A DNA stretch of 63,573 nt, counting the filler, from Octopus bimaculoides (Eukaryota): the NCBI RefSeq assembly GCF_001194135.2. It is 4 parts of 4 records of this genome, joined end to end, with 100 filler letters (N's around TTAATTAATTAA, not from the genome) between each part and the next. Parts side by side here need not be neighbours in the genome. Positions count along the whole stretch, not along the records: positions 23,099 to 49,454 come from NC_069003.1; positions 49,555 to 61,835 come from NC_069010.1; 2 more parts are not named here. The stretch is one strand, 5' to 3'. This document shows positions 40,280 through 53,667 of the stretch, one piece after another. The stretch's first letter is position 1, and the number at the start of each line of letters is the position of its first letter. The notes under the pieces were generated by a model that worked only from the letters and a program-made list of their open reading frames with translations, made no database searches and was not told the DNA's origin. Made by a program: the position numbers and the translations under genes.

Positions 40280-40460
40280 AGGTGCTTCTTTTAGTTTCCG
40301 TCTACGAAATCCGCTCATAATGCTATATTCGACCCCGGTCTATACAGAGAGATTTTAGCACATCCTCACCCAAACGTACCACCGAGTGGGACTGAACTCG
40401 GAGCCATGTGGTTAGGAAACACGTTTCGTTGAAACATGTTTCCTAACCACATGGCTCCGA
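40280..40460 (-). mobile_element. SINE family B 5' fragment ending in a fold-back
   Basis: TTCTTTTAGTTTCCGTCTAC..GGGACTGAACTCGGAGCCATGTGG. 24-bp perfect inverted repeat at 40398-40421 and 40437-40460. Confidence 0.75.
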
Positions 40461-41692
40461 TATAGATGGCTAGATGGATAGATGGATGGATAGATTGATC
40501 AATCTATCCGTCCATCGATTTTTAACTCATAGAATTTCTAACTATACACAGCTATGCATACACCTATAGATACGTACATACGGAGTATACTAACACACAA
40601 CAGTTACACACGTACACATATACATATATTCACATACACATACACATACGCCCAATTTCATCCATTTAAATTAGGTAAAGAAAGTCTCAGAAAGTCATAC
40701 AAAGCCACACGAAGTCACACACAATAAAAATCGTTGTCTTTTGTTAAGTGCGACTAATAGATATAATTCCACCGTGACGGGAAATGGCGAAAGTGGTGTG
40801 ATTTTAAAAGAATTGTTAAAATTTGGAATCATTAGCTACCACCTTGTACCATTTCCGACTCATAGAATTTTGGATATTATTTTATTTTATTGTGTTGCTT
40901 TATCTGTGGGTTTGTTTTTTTTTTTGTTATTTCGTGTCGTTGGAAAGCCAAGCTAAGAATCTTTGCATGAATTTCAAGAATTATTAGACAAGAGATCAAA
41001 TGTCTTGCGATAGATAACTGCGTTTACGTGTGCTGGATGTTATTAAAGAAGAAGAAAGAAGAAAAAACCATTATCTGTGGAATGTCTGGAGAATTAAGGA
41101 AAGAAAACAAAAAGGGGTGGTGGAGAGAGTGGTGGGGGAGAGTGTTTGTAGAAAGGTGAGTGAGAGAAAGAGAGGAAAAATGAGAGAAAGAGTGAGAGAA
41201 AGAGGAAGAGAGGAATGAAAAGTAATAATAAAAGAAAAAGAAAACAAAGATGTTGACAATGATGGGGGAAATGGCAACGACGGCGGCGGTGGTGAACACG
41301 AGAGGATGACGATGATGATGATGGTGGAGGAGGATAGAGAAGAGAGAATATATATTATAAAGACAACGATGATTATTTCGAAGAGGTGTGCAGTAGGATG
41401 ACGAGTGTGGTGATGATGTATATAATGTTGATTGTCATCATCATCAGTATCATAATCGTCATCACTATCATCATCAAAATAATCAACATCAAGTTCATTA
41501 TCATCATCGTCGTCCTCCTCCTCATCATCATTACAAGTTACATCAACATTAGCACGTGCTTGCGCTTACAGTAGTTCCAGTCGTAGCAACAGCTACACAA
41601 TTAGTTGCAAACGGTAGCCGTAATTAAGATATTATAATTAAAATATCCACCAGACACATAAAATTACACATCTTAACTACTACTGCTACTAC

Positions 41693-41742
<50 letters not shown>

Positions 41743-42724
41743 TATGCCACTAGCCCAGAAAGAATATAAGATTAATCCCTTTGTCTGTGCTTGTTTGTCC
41801 CCTCTATGTTTAGACCCCTGTTGGCAATAAAGAAATAATTACACAGTGAGCTCTTATGAACTTTGAGCTTATAAAATATTACTGTTAACATGGTTATCAC
41901 AAAACAACAGCTTACTCCACCGCCAAATACATTATCCGCAAGGACAACAAAAATAACAGTGATTTAGAGTCTAAATTTTAGACTACGATATCTATTTGTT
42001 TCACAACAGCATCACAACACCACCTATCAACCATAACCTCTCCCACCGGGGACATACAGCAGCAGTATGAACAACGAAAGTGTCAATCAAAACTGGCAAC
42101 GCAATTCACAACCTCAGGAACAGCCTGAACTTCTGCCGCCAAGATTACAAAAAATGCACCCCACAAGCACTGCAAGCAACAGAAGAATGATTACACGGCG
42201 CCGTCGTCACAAATGTCAAAACTACCACAACCGTTTACAAATAACTCCCAACATCAATAATGAACACAACAACGGTAGAGTGCAGAAACTAATAAACAAA
42301 CAACTACAAAAAAAAACAACACATGCAACAGTAGTAAGAGGAACAACTGCAACAACATTAACAACGAAAAAGGAAACAGCTGTTGCGAACAATATCACAG
42401 CCGCTACCTCTAAAGGTAAGAACAACGAGAATACTGCTATGACAACGTTAACATCAACAAGAACCCCAACAGTGATATGAGAAACAACAACAATAATAAC
42501 TACATTCATCATCGCCGCCTACTGCAATAATAGTATAAACAGCAACAACAACATCAAGGACCACAAGTAATAACAGCAGTAACAATAACGACTATAAATA
42601 TAACAAGACTAACGCTAAAAAGAACAGCAGCTGCAAAGATTATCACTGCGCCTGCCATCTACAAGAGTAGCGCCATCTCTACCACCACCACAACTGCAAC
42701 CAAGAACAACAACAGCAACAGCAA

Positions 42725-43002
42725 GAAGGAAAACTACAGCAACAACGGCGGTTATAATAAAAAAAAAACGAGCCAGAAAATCAAGAGAAGCGAGAAGAAC
42801 ATCTACAGCAACATTGACGGCAGCAACAAGCAAAATAAACTATAGTAAAACACCAACGACAGCAGCAATAAGAAGAGCAACAACAAGGAAAACTACAGCA
42901 ACGACGGCGGTTATAATAAAGAAAGGAGCCAGAAAAATCAACAGTAGCGACAAGAACAGCTACAGCAACATTGACGGCAGCAGCAACAAGCAAAATGAAA
43001 CA
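42725..43002. repeat. Imperfect tandem duplication (~160-bp period) in a CAA/CAG-rich tract
   Basis: GGAAAACTACAGCAAC.ACGGCGGTTATAATAAA..CTACAGCAACATTGACGGCAGC occurs twice. Confidence 0.8.
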
Positions 43003-44116
43003 CTAGTAAAACTGAAAAAACAAAATGGAGAACTATGATGCAATAATAGTAAGTAAAGCTATCGGTTATGTGAGATAACATTTCAACTACGTTCGAACTG
43101 TTATCTCCTTCACAGCTTGCCTTTCAAATGTCATGACATGCTTGTCAGCTTCAATTAGACATGGCTGACTTTCAAATGTCAACCGAGTGTGTGTGTTTTC
43201 TGGGGGGTTTTTTTGGGGGTTTTTTTTTTTCTTTTTGTATCTCTATTTACTTATCAGCTACGTCATCCAGGTTCGAATCAAGCAACAAATGTTGTATTGA
43301 ATTTTTTTTTAAAAATCCATTTTCACTTTCTTTCTTTCTTTCTTGCTGTCTTTCTTACTGTCTTTCTTTCTAACTGTCTTTCTTTCTCACTGTCTTTCTT
43401 TCTCGCTGTCTTTCTTTCTTGTTGATTTTACTGTAATCTTGATTTTCAAAATATAATTCTTTCTGTTTTAATTTTTGTTTTTTAAATCTTTGTTAGGTTT
43501 CGGATGCTTGTTGGATTGAAAATTCGCTTTAGAGATCACTACGGTTTTATGTTCGATCCCACCGCAAGGGTCACTGCGAAATTACATTTTTCATTTACCG
43601 ACAGGAGCTAACTGATATTACGTGACAGGTATGTGAGAAACTGAACCTGAATTGAAAACCGTGTTGCATGTGTGAGTGTCTGTGTGCATATATATATACA
43701 TCACTTTTGTCTACTTCTGATCGTTTTCCTCCCCACTCCTTCCCTTTCTCCCTCCTATCACCCTACGTTTCCATCCTCTTGATTTCCCAACCACCACCAC
43801 CACCACCACTACAATATCTACCTCACATACTCATCCCGCATCCACTCTTTACGTTTTTTTCTTTTTCATTTGTTAGCGATATTTTCCTAGCAACAAAGCG
43901 TGAAGGACGCACAATGTATTAGCACACCTCCTTTCATGCAAGTCGGATTACGTGCCTCCCCAATGTCTCAAACTACAAATATTACGTAGTTTTTCATTTA
44001 GAATTTTCGCATAAACTGGCGTCGTAATTGGAGATGATACGGAAACAATTGTAACTTATAATTAAAGAACTGTTAAGGAATTGTCTGTTTTCCTTTCATT
44101 GGATCCAAGACATATA

Positions 44117-44175
<59 letters not shown>

Positions 44176-47100
44176 CATGTTCTCCCTTTTTCGTTTTTTT
44201 TATGTCCTTCAGTCTCTGACATAGGAGGTGCAGATATCATTCGAGCATGCACAATAGCATGCAGTACTTAGGAAAATAAATATATACGCGAGAGAAATGA
44301 TAGCTCTTGCTTCCTACGGCTAGGTTAAGCACCTTTAGCAATGATGTTTTGGTAGGTGTTTTGTCACTAAGTACGAATAAATTGGCTAACTTGCTATGAA
44401 TGTCCATAAGGATTTTAGAATATATATATAATTTGACGTAGCAAATGAGGTTATTATATGGAGAAAGAATTAAACACTCACACAGAAGTACATTTCGTAC
44501 GTATTCACACACACACACGCTGGATTGTGAGTCACACGAATCTAAATATATATTTGTATATATACTTAAATAATCAAACTCTGTTAACGCATACATGTGA
44601 TCGTTTATATATGTGATCGTGTATATATGCTCCTGCTACGCTTATTCTTTTAGTCACACACCGTTATATACCCTGCAATAAGTGTCTTCAACCGGGCAGG
44701 AGATACGTGTAATTATCAACATTGGCTTGGGGGATTTATTGATGCGAATAGGCATCATTATATAAACGGTAACGTCTAAATATCTAGCAAGAGTGAAACG
44801 TGGAAGAAAGTGGAAAGATTATACAACTAAAGTCGAGAACGTGACTAGGCTGATTCAACGGCGTTCGACTTTCCACAGGAAAAGATTTACCCTTTAGCGC
44901 CTGGATATTAGGAGGAAAATATCCTTTCTGATATCTAAGCAACTCCTCACATTTTCGATTTGCGCAGGATATATATTGATTCTTTTGGGCAAAAGTCAAC
45001 GGTTGTCGTATAGTTTTCAACTTTTGAGCCATTTGTTAACATTCTATATATTTTTTTCTGAATTGTTATTAATCAGTCGATGTATGTAAATAATGATTAA
45101 CAGTTGTAGGAAATTTGTTTGAATTCCCATCACAGCATGTGTGTGCAAGTTTTATTCTCTGGTCTCCGAGTTGCTAAGTTGACAACGGTTCTTCAGACTA
45201 AACACTTTAGAAAATCACGTTTCAGCTAAATGGTCAAACACCAACATTCCGTATAGAGTTGTCTAAATTGCATTGTCTAACACGTCTTCATTTTGATAGT
45301 AAATATTGGCGATGTTGACAGACAGCTTGTTGAAAAGCATTTATAAGTTAAAAAGATTTAAATATTGCGTTCAGTCACAACCTATATTTATCTTAAGAAA
45401 CTCACCTAACGAAGCGATAGAACTGATAAGCAAAATATTTATTGGGGAATATAAAAAGAATAGGAAGACTGAAATGGCGTTCACCTGGCAGTAACAATTT
45501 TTCAACGTTTGAGAGACATTATATGTGAGACGAACTAGATTTCCACATTTTGATTACATAGATATTTCCACTTTAATATTTGGACCCTTACCAAATTAAG
45601 GATTTCATATTCAGCAAAAGATTCATCAGCATCGATAAAACAGATATTAAGATTATTACGTATGCATATCCTCTTTGCGGAGGAGCTGGTCTGGTTTAAA
45701 ATTTCCTTGCCAGCAAATTTATTTGACATCTGAATTTTAAGATTTTGTGATATCATCTGCATATGTGATTTAGTTGACATACTAAATTTACACATTAGTT
45801 GACATACTATAAGTGCATAAATCTAAACTTCCTTGTCTAAATAGAGGATTATGCAGTGACGATGGCTTAGACGTATCACAGCAGAGCGACAGTTATTCAA
45901 TTCATAATCGGAGAAAACAACATATAGATTGTTCAACAGTATGGAACATAGACATTCGGTTAAGTAGCAGCTAGCTTATCTATGATTTACTTTTCATATT
46001 CAAACCTTGTTCTAGAATCCGATATCGAGCAGCTATTTCATAAATTGAATACGTATGCAAAACTGTGGCCCGCCAACCAGCTGTTCAGAAATCATTTCTC
46101 CGCATTCGATTTTTACAACACGCGATGCTTTACTATAATCGGGGCATATGAGGGATTGGCCGTATTGAATTAAATCTCATACATCTCTCCATCATCCAAA
46201 CTTTCAGCATCCACCTGTACATACATGTACACGCTATTTGGTCTAAATTTGACAGTTTGCCAAAATGGAAACGAAAACCCTAAATCCCATCAAAAAATAT
46301 AACTATTTCAAGAAATCAAGAAAATGTAAGCGATAGAATGGCTGTGAATTAACACTTTATTCAAAGGAACGACTTTCTGGTTCCATCACGGCCTAAAAAC
46401 GGTTCGAGAACTTGGTGCCTGCGTTTCTCACCCCGTTCCCGAGAAGACCACCGAACAGAACGGTCGGTCCCTAAACACAATAATGCATGGAACTATACTA
46501 GTTTATGATGTGGCGTACACGTCCGGTGTAAGGTAGTATTACTCAAACAAGTATCTGGAATGTGGTTATCTAGAATATTCTATCGCAGAATGATTATGTT
46601 CACACAGAACGGACTTCATACTACGGGAATGTAGGCACACTATGAAACCGTCACACGTCGCGCTAACACAGTAACCAATACGACCGACCAACACTGTCAA
46701 CTGCCCCTGACAGTTAACACAGTTCTTTATTGAAATCCGTTAGTCCTCTTTCAGTCACGTTGAGTGTACAGGATTCTCCCACGAATGAAACGTTTCTTTT
46801 CGTTAAGTTATAAATTTTGCGCGTATGTATATCAATAAATACATGCATTGAATATTCTTGACTAAATTTCGTGTAACGCAAAGAATGGTAACAAATCAAA
46901 TAAAGTTAGAAATAAAAATGTTGATACTTAAGTGAATGGTTTTTGGAAGTATTGTCGATAGTGACGCTGGTGGAGATAAATTTCAATAGAGAATGTTATT
47001 GCGAGAGGGAGCTGAAGGAAAGGCTAAGAAAAATGTAGGAATTTGGAAAGTGAGGCTAAGAATGTCAGATGATTCTATGGCTTGAGAGGCTGACAAAGAA

Positions 47101-47433
47101 TGGGAGAGAGATTAAACATGCAAGAAAGAGAGGAAGCAGCAGACACTTATGAGATTTAAAATTGAACAGCGAATGGAAGAGGGATAATGTGAAGCCATGA
47201 CAATGTTTCTGACGTCACTACACCTTCATTCCGAAATTTATCTCATTTACATACTTCACCGATCCACTCACTTTGTTTCCAATTGTTTAAACTGTCTTCA
47301 ATTGCCAACATGTTCTGTATGTATTTATGTATATATTTTTAGGTGTGCAAAATTTGTGCATATCTGCAAATGGGCATGCGCGCCTGCATGTATGCAGTGC
47401 TTCTTTCCGTTCGTGTGATTATGTATACAAAAG

Positions 47434-47520
47434 TACAGTAAGCCCTCGCCATATCTCGATTCACCTACCGCGGTTCATCTATCACGGGTCACCTATCGCG
47501 GGTCACCTATCGCGATTTAT
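47434..47520 (+). mobile_element. Tigger/pogo-like transposon end with 14-bp subterminal repeats
   Basis: TACAGTAAGCCCTCGCC terminus, then four T(T/G)CACCTATCGCGG-like units. Related ends at ~24805 and ~25600-25632. Confidence 0.55.
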
Positions 47521-47919
47521 CATTTAAGCTCACGTCGATTCCTGCCTGAGTCTCTGAGTGAGAAGTAAGAGTAGTAACAATATTACAGAGTAAAATCTAT
47601 TGTGTATTCATGCGTTTTATCTGTAATTGGATTGCGGACTTGTTTGTAATCTGCCTTCAAGAGTATAGTAGAACTTATGGAGTACAGAATTACATTGAAG
47701 TCTCGTTCTTATTTTACCCGTACGCATAAGTAAAACTGTAATGTTACGCTACATCAACACCATCATTGATTTCATGCGCCACAAACGAAAACGAATAATC
47801 TAAGTTATGCAAAATCACACAGAAATACACACGCATAATCTCACACATGCACACACATGATCATGCTCATACACACACAGCCATTTATCACGATGTATCG
47901 CTCTTACTACATACTTATT

Positions 47920-47973
<54 letters not shown>

Positions 47974-48273
47974 ACGAAGGTAGCTAGACGCAATATAAAA
48001 CCAGAAAAGAAAATTTCCATTGCCAGTAATAGTGAGTGAGGGTGCCGGGTAACACCTACATTGCTAGAAACTACAGTCAAATACACTAATTGCCGCCAAA
48101 AAGCACACTTAATAACAGGCTTCAATGTGGTCAGCTGGTGGAATTTTAAGCGCTCAGAGGCATTTCGTCTGTTTATATGTTCTGAGTTCAAATTTCACCG
48201 AATCCCACTTTCCCTTTTTTAGTTTCGGTGTTAATAAAATAAGTACAAGGTGAGTACCAGGATCTATGCAATC

Positions 48274-48930
48274 CAGTAGTTCCCAAACTATTTCAGGCTG
48301 CCGCCCCTTTGGCACCCAGGTCTCGTTCCTAGAGCGCCCTCTACTTCCCCACCACAGATTTAAATATAGTAATTTTCTAATTTATAAATCAGTGACTAGT
48401 TGTCACTTTCAAAACTATATATTTCGAACGGGAATTTGGCAGCGCCACCTCTAGCCGAACAATTATTCTGTGCTGACTAAGGGAAATAAACCAGAAATCG
48501 CGATACAGAGAAATTGTTTTGGAGCTGAGTGGGGGTGTTAAATTCCCTTGTTAGAAAATATAAGGATACAGATCTAGTTGTACAGCCAGCTGGAAACGAT
48601 GTCTCCTGGGGCTAAATTACAGCAACATTAGTCCTAAACCAGGACTGCCATGTTATGTTGGCAAACAATCTCTACTCCAAAGTACTGTTGCTGAACATCT
48701 CACGTTGTGATATTTAAAAATAGTAATTTTCTAAAATATAGACCACTTTCTGCAGCAGATTCAAATTCTAAACAACTGTGTTTCACAAATAAAACTTAAA
48801 CCTAATTAATCTATTAATATTCATATTTTTACATCTATCACCCCATTTTGGCCACCCCTTTACCTTCTCAACGCCCTCTTGGATATTTCCAACGCTCCTA
48901 AGGGGTGGGGTAGTACTATAATTGACTTAC
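48274..48930 (+). mobile_element. Possible hAT (Charlie-like) non-autonomous element, right end decayed
   Basis: Starts CAGTAGTTCCCAAACT directly after a family C SINE fragment (48128-48272). No clear right TIR. Confidence 0.4.
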
Positions 48931-49454
48931 CCTCTCACCCAAAATTGCTGGCCTTATATCAACTCCAGCTTCAGCTTTTCACTTGTATAAAATATTCTTT
49001 GCTGACAAAATATATCTGACGCACAGTGTATGGAGACACCAGTATAACCAACGTAGTCTTTGATTTTGATCCACATATAAGAAAGTTTAGTTTGTAACTT
49101 AAAGTGACGAATAATAAGCAGTCTACAGTTAAAAGAGCTGACAAGTACATGACAAAGCATATGGATATCACAGATGTTGTCTCCTAAGACTACATTTCAG
49201 TACGATGTATGGGAAATTCTTCACCGTCTTTAGAACCCAAAAATTCAAAGAAAATGCAATTTCAAAAGAGACTATACATGTCATCGTCTTCTGTAAACTT
49301 CCAACAATCTTACAGAATTTGAAATAAACGTTGAGTTTGCACGAGGTTGTCGCCAGTGTGTATGTCCATCTAGTTATTAATCTGTCTGTCAACCTATCTA
49401 CCTATCTACCATCTACCTATCTCTCCCTCTATATACATATAAGATATATATATA

Positions 49455-49554
49455 NNNNNNNNNNNNNNNNNNNNNNNNNNNNNNNNNNNNNNNNNNNNTT
49501 AATTAATTAANNNNNNNNNNNNNNNNNNNNNNNNNNNNNNNNNNNNNNNNNNNN
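49455..49554. other. Artificial scaffold join: 44 N + TTAATTAATTAA + 44 N
   Basis: Same construct as 22999-23098. Confidence 0.95.
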
Positions 49555-49747
49555 TAACGTCTGCTTTCCATGCTAGCATGGGTTGGACGATTTGACTGAG
49601 GATTGGTGAAACCGGATGGCTACACCAGGCTCCAATCTGATTTGGCAGAGTTTCTACAGCTGGATGCCCTTCCTAACGCCAACCACTCCGAGAGTGTAGA
49701 GGGTGCTTTTACGTGCCACCGGCACGAAGGCCAGTCAGGCGGTACTT
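49555..49747 (-). mobile_element. Family D repeat
   Basis: Near-identical to 9195-9390. Confidence 0.85.
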
Positions 49748-49751
49748 TATA

Positions 49752-49925
49752 AGTTGGCAAGCTGACAGAATCATTAACACACTAGGAAAAATGATTAGCA
49801 TTCATGTTCTGAATTCAAATTCCACAGGTGTTGTCTTTGCCTTTCATCCTTTTGTGGGGTCAATAAAATAAATACCAGTTGAGCACTGGGGGTTGATATA
49901 ACCAGCTTACCCACTCCCTCCTGCA
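49752..49925 (+). mobile_element. SINE family C monomer
   Basis: GGCAAGCTGACAGAATC head, GCCTTTCATCCTTT. Confidence 0.75.
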
Positions 49926-49969
49926 GTTTCTGTGTGCGGCAAAGCATCTGTTGTTTATTTTACCTACAG

Positions 49970-50054
49970 TAAGATTTTATGTACAAATAGCTGTATGACT
50001 GCTACTGTTATGTTTAGAGCTCCACATAGATTATCATCATCCAGTCTACTTCTT
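49970..50054 (+). CDS. Candidate small upstream exon of the uncharacterised gene
   Basis: Acceptor TTTATTTTACCTACAG, donor GTAATT, open frame KILCTNSCMTATVMFRAPHRLSSSSLLL. Phase 0 is compatible with 50135 across an 80-nt intron. No homology support. Confidence 0.3.
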
Positions 50055-50134
50055 GTAATTAATACACGACAGCATTTATTATTAGAGGGATTTTATTTGT
50101 TTCTTTCCTTTCTTTTCTTCGTTTCTCTCATTAG

Positions 50135-50435
50135 AATTCCTCTGAAAATATCTTGGAGATGATTCGGCAAAGTGACCTGGACGACATGGTGTGCTCTTTG
50201 TATTTCGACCAACGCTATCAGCTTCACGAGCCACTGACAGAGAGTCTAAAACAGAATGTGCCGAACTTGAGGGTGGAACATTGCTACGTGGAACGACCCA
50301 GTGACATCCTATCAATCCCACGAGCAAAGACCTACCTGCTGTTTGTTGACCTCAAACAAAAGAATGGCATTGACCCCATCAAGGGCACTAACAATCTGAA
50401 GATTTTTCTGCTGAATGGTGTACAGCGCATGGGTG
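50135..50435 (+). CDS. Uncharacterised protein, penultimate coding exon (alpha/beta domain)
   Basis: Long pyrimidine tract plus TTAG acceptor, 100 open codons of complex sequence (NSSENILEMIRQ..VQRMG), consensus donor G|GTGAGT, phase 1. Confidence 0.85.
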
Positions 50436-50512
50436 GTGAGTTGGCTGGTATTTTGCTTTTTGGGGCTGTATTGGGTTGATACTGGGGTGGGGGGTGGGGG
50501 TATTTATATCTC

Positions 50513-50717
50513 TCTATTACTTGTTTCAGTCATTTGACTGCGGCCATGCTGGAGCACCGCCTTTTAGTCGAATCAAATCAACCCCCAGGACTTATTCTTT
50601 GTAAGCCTAGTACTTATTCTATCGGTCGCTTTTGCCGAACCGCTAAGTTACGGGGACCTAAACACACCAGCATCGGTTGTCAAGCGATGGTGGGGGGACA
50701 AACACAAACACACATAT

Positions 50718-50757
<40 letters not shown>
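50513..50757 (-). mobile_element. SINE family B, 3' half (rest in gap)
   Basis: TTGTTTCAGTCATTTGACTGCGGCCATGCTGGAGCACCGCC... Confidence 0.85.
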
Positions 50758-50758
<1 letters not shown>

Positions 50759-51743
50759 NNNNNNNNNNNNNNNNNNNNNNNNNNNNNNNNNNNNNNNNNN
50801 NNNNNNNNNNNNNNNNNNNNNNNNNNNNNNNNNNNNNNNNNNNNNNNNNNNNNNNNNNNNNNNNNNNNNNNNNNNNNNNNNNNNNNNNNNNNNNNNNNNN
50901 NNNNNNNNNNNNNNNNNNNNNNNNNNNNNNNNNNNNNNNNNNNNNNNNNNNNNNNNNNNNNNNNNNNNNNNNNNNNNNNNNNNNNNNNNNNNNNNNNNNN
51001 NNNNNNNNNNNNNNNNNNNNNNNNNNNNNNNNNNNNNNNNNNNNNNNNNNNNNNNNNNNNNNNNNNNNNNNNNNNNNNNNNNNNNNNNNNNNNNNNNNNN
51101 NNNNNNNNNNNNNNNNNNNNNNNNNNNNNNNNNNNNNNNNNNNNNNNNNNNNNNNNNNNNNNNNNNNNNNNNNNNNNNNNNNNNNNNNNNNNNNNNNNNN
51201 NNNNNNNNNNNNNNNNNNNNNNNNNNNNNNNNNNNNNNNNNNNNNNNNNNNNNNNNNNNNNNNNNNNNNNNNNNNNNNNNNNNNNNNNNNNNNNNNNNNN
51301 NNNNNNNNNNNNNNNNNNNNNNNNNNNNNNNNNNNNNNNNNNNNNNNNNNNNNNNNNNNNNNNNNNNNNNNNNNNNNNNNNNNNNNNNNNNNNNNNNNNN
51401 NNNNNNNNNNNNNNNNNNNNNNNNNNNNNNNNNNNNNNNNNNNNNNNNNNNNNNNNNNNNNNNNNNNNNNNNNNNNNNNNNNNNNNNNNNNNNNNNNNNN
51501 NNNNNNNNNNNNNNNNNNNNNNNNNNNNNNNNNNNNNNNNNNNNNNNNNNNNNNNNNNNNNNNNNNNNNNNNNNNNNNNNNNNNNNNNNNNNNNNNNNNN
51601 NNNNNNNNNNNNNNNNNNNNNNNNNNNNNNNNNNNNNNNNNNNNNNNNNNNNNNNNNNNNNNNNNNNNNNNNNNNNNNNNNNNNNNNNNNNNNNNNNNNN
51701 NNNNNNNNNNNNNNNNNNNNNNNNNNNNNNNNNNNNNNNNNNN

Positions 51744-52060
51744 CCCAGACTGGGCGTTGTGAGTGTTTATTGAGCGAAAACACCTAAAGCTCCACGAGGC
51801 TCCGGCAGGGGATGGTGGTGGCGAACCCTGCTGTACTCTTCCACCACAACTTTCTCTCACTCTATCTTCCTGTTTCTGTTGTGCCTGTAATTCAAAGGGT
51901 CAGCCTTGTCACACTCTGTGTCACGCTGAATATCCCCGAGAACTACGTTAAGGGTACACGTGTCTGTGGAGTGCTCAACCACTTGCACATTAATTTCATG
52001 AGCAAGTTGTTCCATTGATCAGATCAACTGGAACCCTCGAAGTCGTAAGCGACGGAGTGC
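51744..52060 (+). mobile_element. SINE family A (head in gap)
   Basis: Collinear with 56285-56590. Confidence 0.88.
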
Positions 52061-52159
52061 ACAGCAAGTGGTGGTGGTGGTATATTGTTTATATATATAT
52101 ATGAAGTAGTGTTTAATGAATATATATATTGTTTGAATGTGAAGTGTGTATATAAATAT

Positions 52160-52348
52160 AGATTGTACTTGTATTTCAAAGGGCCAGCCGTATCACATAC
52201 TGCTTCACATTGAACTTTCCTGAGAACTATGTTAAGGATACACATGTCTGTGAATTGCTCAGCCACTTAAATGTTAATATCACAAGCAGGTCGTCCCATT
52301 CACCAGATCAACTAGAACTCTTGTTGTTATAACTGATGGAGTGCCACT
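52160..52348 (+). mobile_element. SINE family A, degenerate 3' fragment
   Basis: TTCAAAGGGCCAGCC..GAGAACTATGTTAAGG..GATGGAGTGCCA. Confidence 0.65.
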
Positions 52349-52363
52349 TAATATTTATATGTG

Positions 52364-52400
<37 letters not shown>

Positions 52401-52679
52401 ATTATGATGATAATATTTGGGAAAAAATTCTAAATTTACAGGGAAAAATTCAATTTAATTTATCAAAATTAAATTAAATTTCACAATATATAAATATATA
52501 ATTTCGAGGAAAAAAACCACAATTATTTAATTCATCCATGAAAATCCACAATCACATATAGAAAAATTTAATAAGTAAATACGCTAAAAAGACCTATAAT
52601 AAAAATGAAAAAAGTACAAAGTAATAAATATTAAAATAGTAAAATAACCCTAACCCTAAACCCCAAAAGGATGAAAGGC

Positions 52680-52985
52680 AAAGGACACATATGAGGCACC
52701 CATGCTAGTGACATGTCAAAGGCACCTATGTTGGTGGCACATAAAAGGCACCTGTGCCGGTGACATGCACAAGGCTTCTGTGCTAGTAGCACGAGTCACT
52801 TGTTCCAGTGACACATAAAAAGCACCCTTGCTGGTGACACGTAGATGGCACCTGTTTTGGTGCCACGTAAAAAGCACCCAGGACACTCTGTTGAGTTGTT
52901 GGCATTAGGAAGAGCATCCAGCCGAAGAAACCAAGCCAAATCAGACTGGAGCCTGGTGCAGCTCTTTGTCTTACCATTTCCAGTC
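52680..52985 (+). mobile_element. Family D repeat with expanded internal ~28-bp subrepeats
   Basis: Repeated GGCACC..GTG(A/G)CA(T/C)..AAA units before GTTGGCATTAGGAAGAGCATCCAGC. Confidence 0.7.
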
Positions 52986-53040
52986 GACTTGTTTAAGCCA
53001 TTTCTATATTTAACAGATGAGGAATTATTTACATTCTTCA

Positions 53041-53162
53041 TTTAACGTCTGCTTTCCAATGCAAGCATGGGTTGGACGATTTGACTGAGGACTGGCGAGC
53101 CATTTGGCTGCACAAGGCTCCAATCTAATCTGGCAGAGTTTCTACAGCTGGATGCCCTTCCT
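53041..53162 (-). mobile_element. Family D repeat fragment
   Basis: TTTAACGTCTGCTTTCCA..GGATGCCCTTCCTA. Confidence 0.8.
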
Positions 53163-53187
53163 ATATATATATGTGTGTGTGTGTGTG

Positions 53188-53243
<56 letters not shown>

Positions 53244-53359
53244 AAGAGAGAAGGAATGGTGTACAGTACAGTGAAATAATGGACTCCCACCCTCACCAGT
53301 ACACTAATTCAATGAGTGGACAGTTCATTTGATAAAACTATTTTATATATATTATTCTT

Positions 53360-53600
53360 TTGCTTGTTTCAGTCATTTGACTGTGCCCATGCCGGAGCAC
53401 TGCCTTGGGGTTTTTAATCGAACAAGTTGACCCCAGGATTTATTTCAAGTCAAGTACTTATTCTATCGGACTCAAATGCAAAGTTATGGGGATGTAAACA
53501 CACCAACACCGGTTGTCAAGTAGTGATGGGGGTGGGATACAAACACAAATACACACACACACATATATATATATATGTATATATACATACACACACATCG
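53360..53600 (-). mobile_element. SINE family B, 3' half
   Basis: TTGTTTCAGTCATTTGACTGTGCCCATGCCGGAGCAC... Confidence 0.8.
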
Positions 53601-53667
53601 TTGAAGCATCCACTTATCATGTATAATACGTACTTATATATTTTCATTTTCTGTGTTTGTTTTGCAG

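Noticed and set aside
42067-42512. 137-aa Asn/Thr/Gln-rich ORF
   Set aside because: Decayed CAA/ACA low-complexity DNA, also open on the opposite strand, with no splice or domain support.
49932-49970. GKASVVYFT resembling the SLC6 TM5 motif GKVVYFT
   Set aside because: No FPY motif follows, it lies beyond two scaffold joins, and the DNA is better read as a polypyrimidine acceptor.
52646-52660. TAACCCTAACCCTAA, telomere-like
   Set aside because: Only about two units, too short to call an interstitial telomere.
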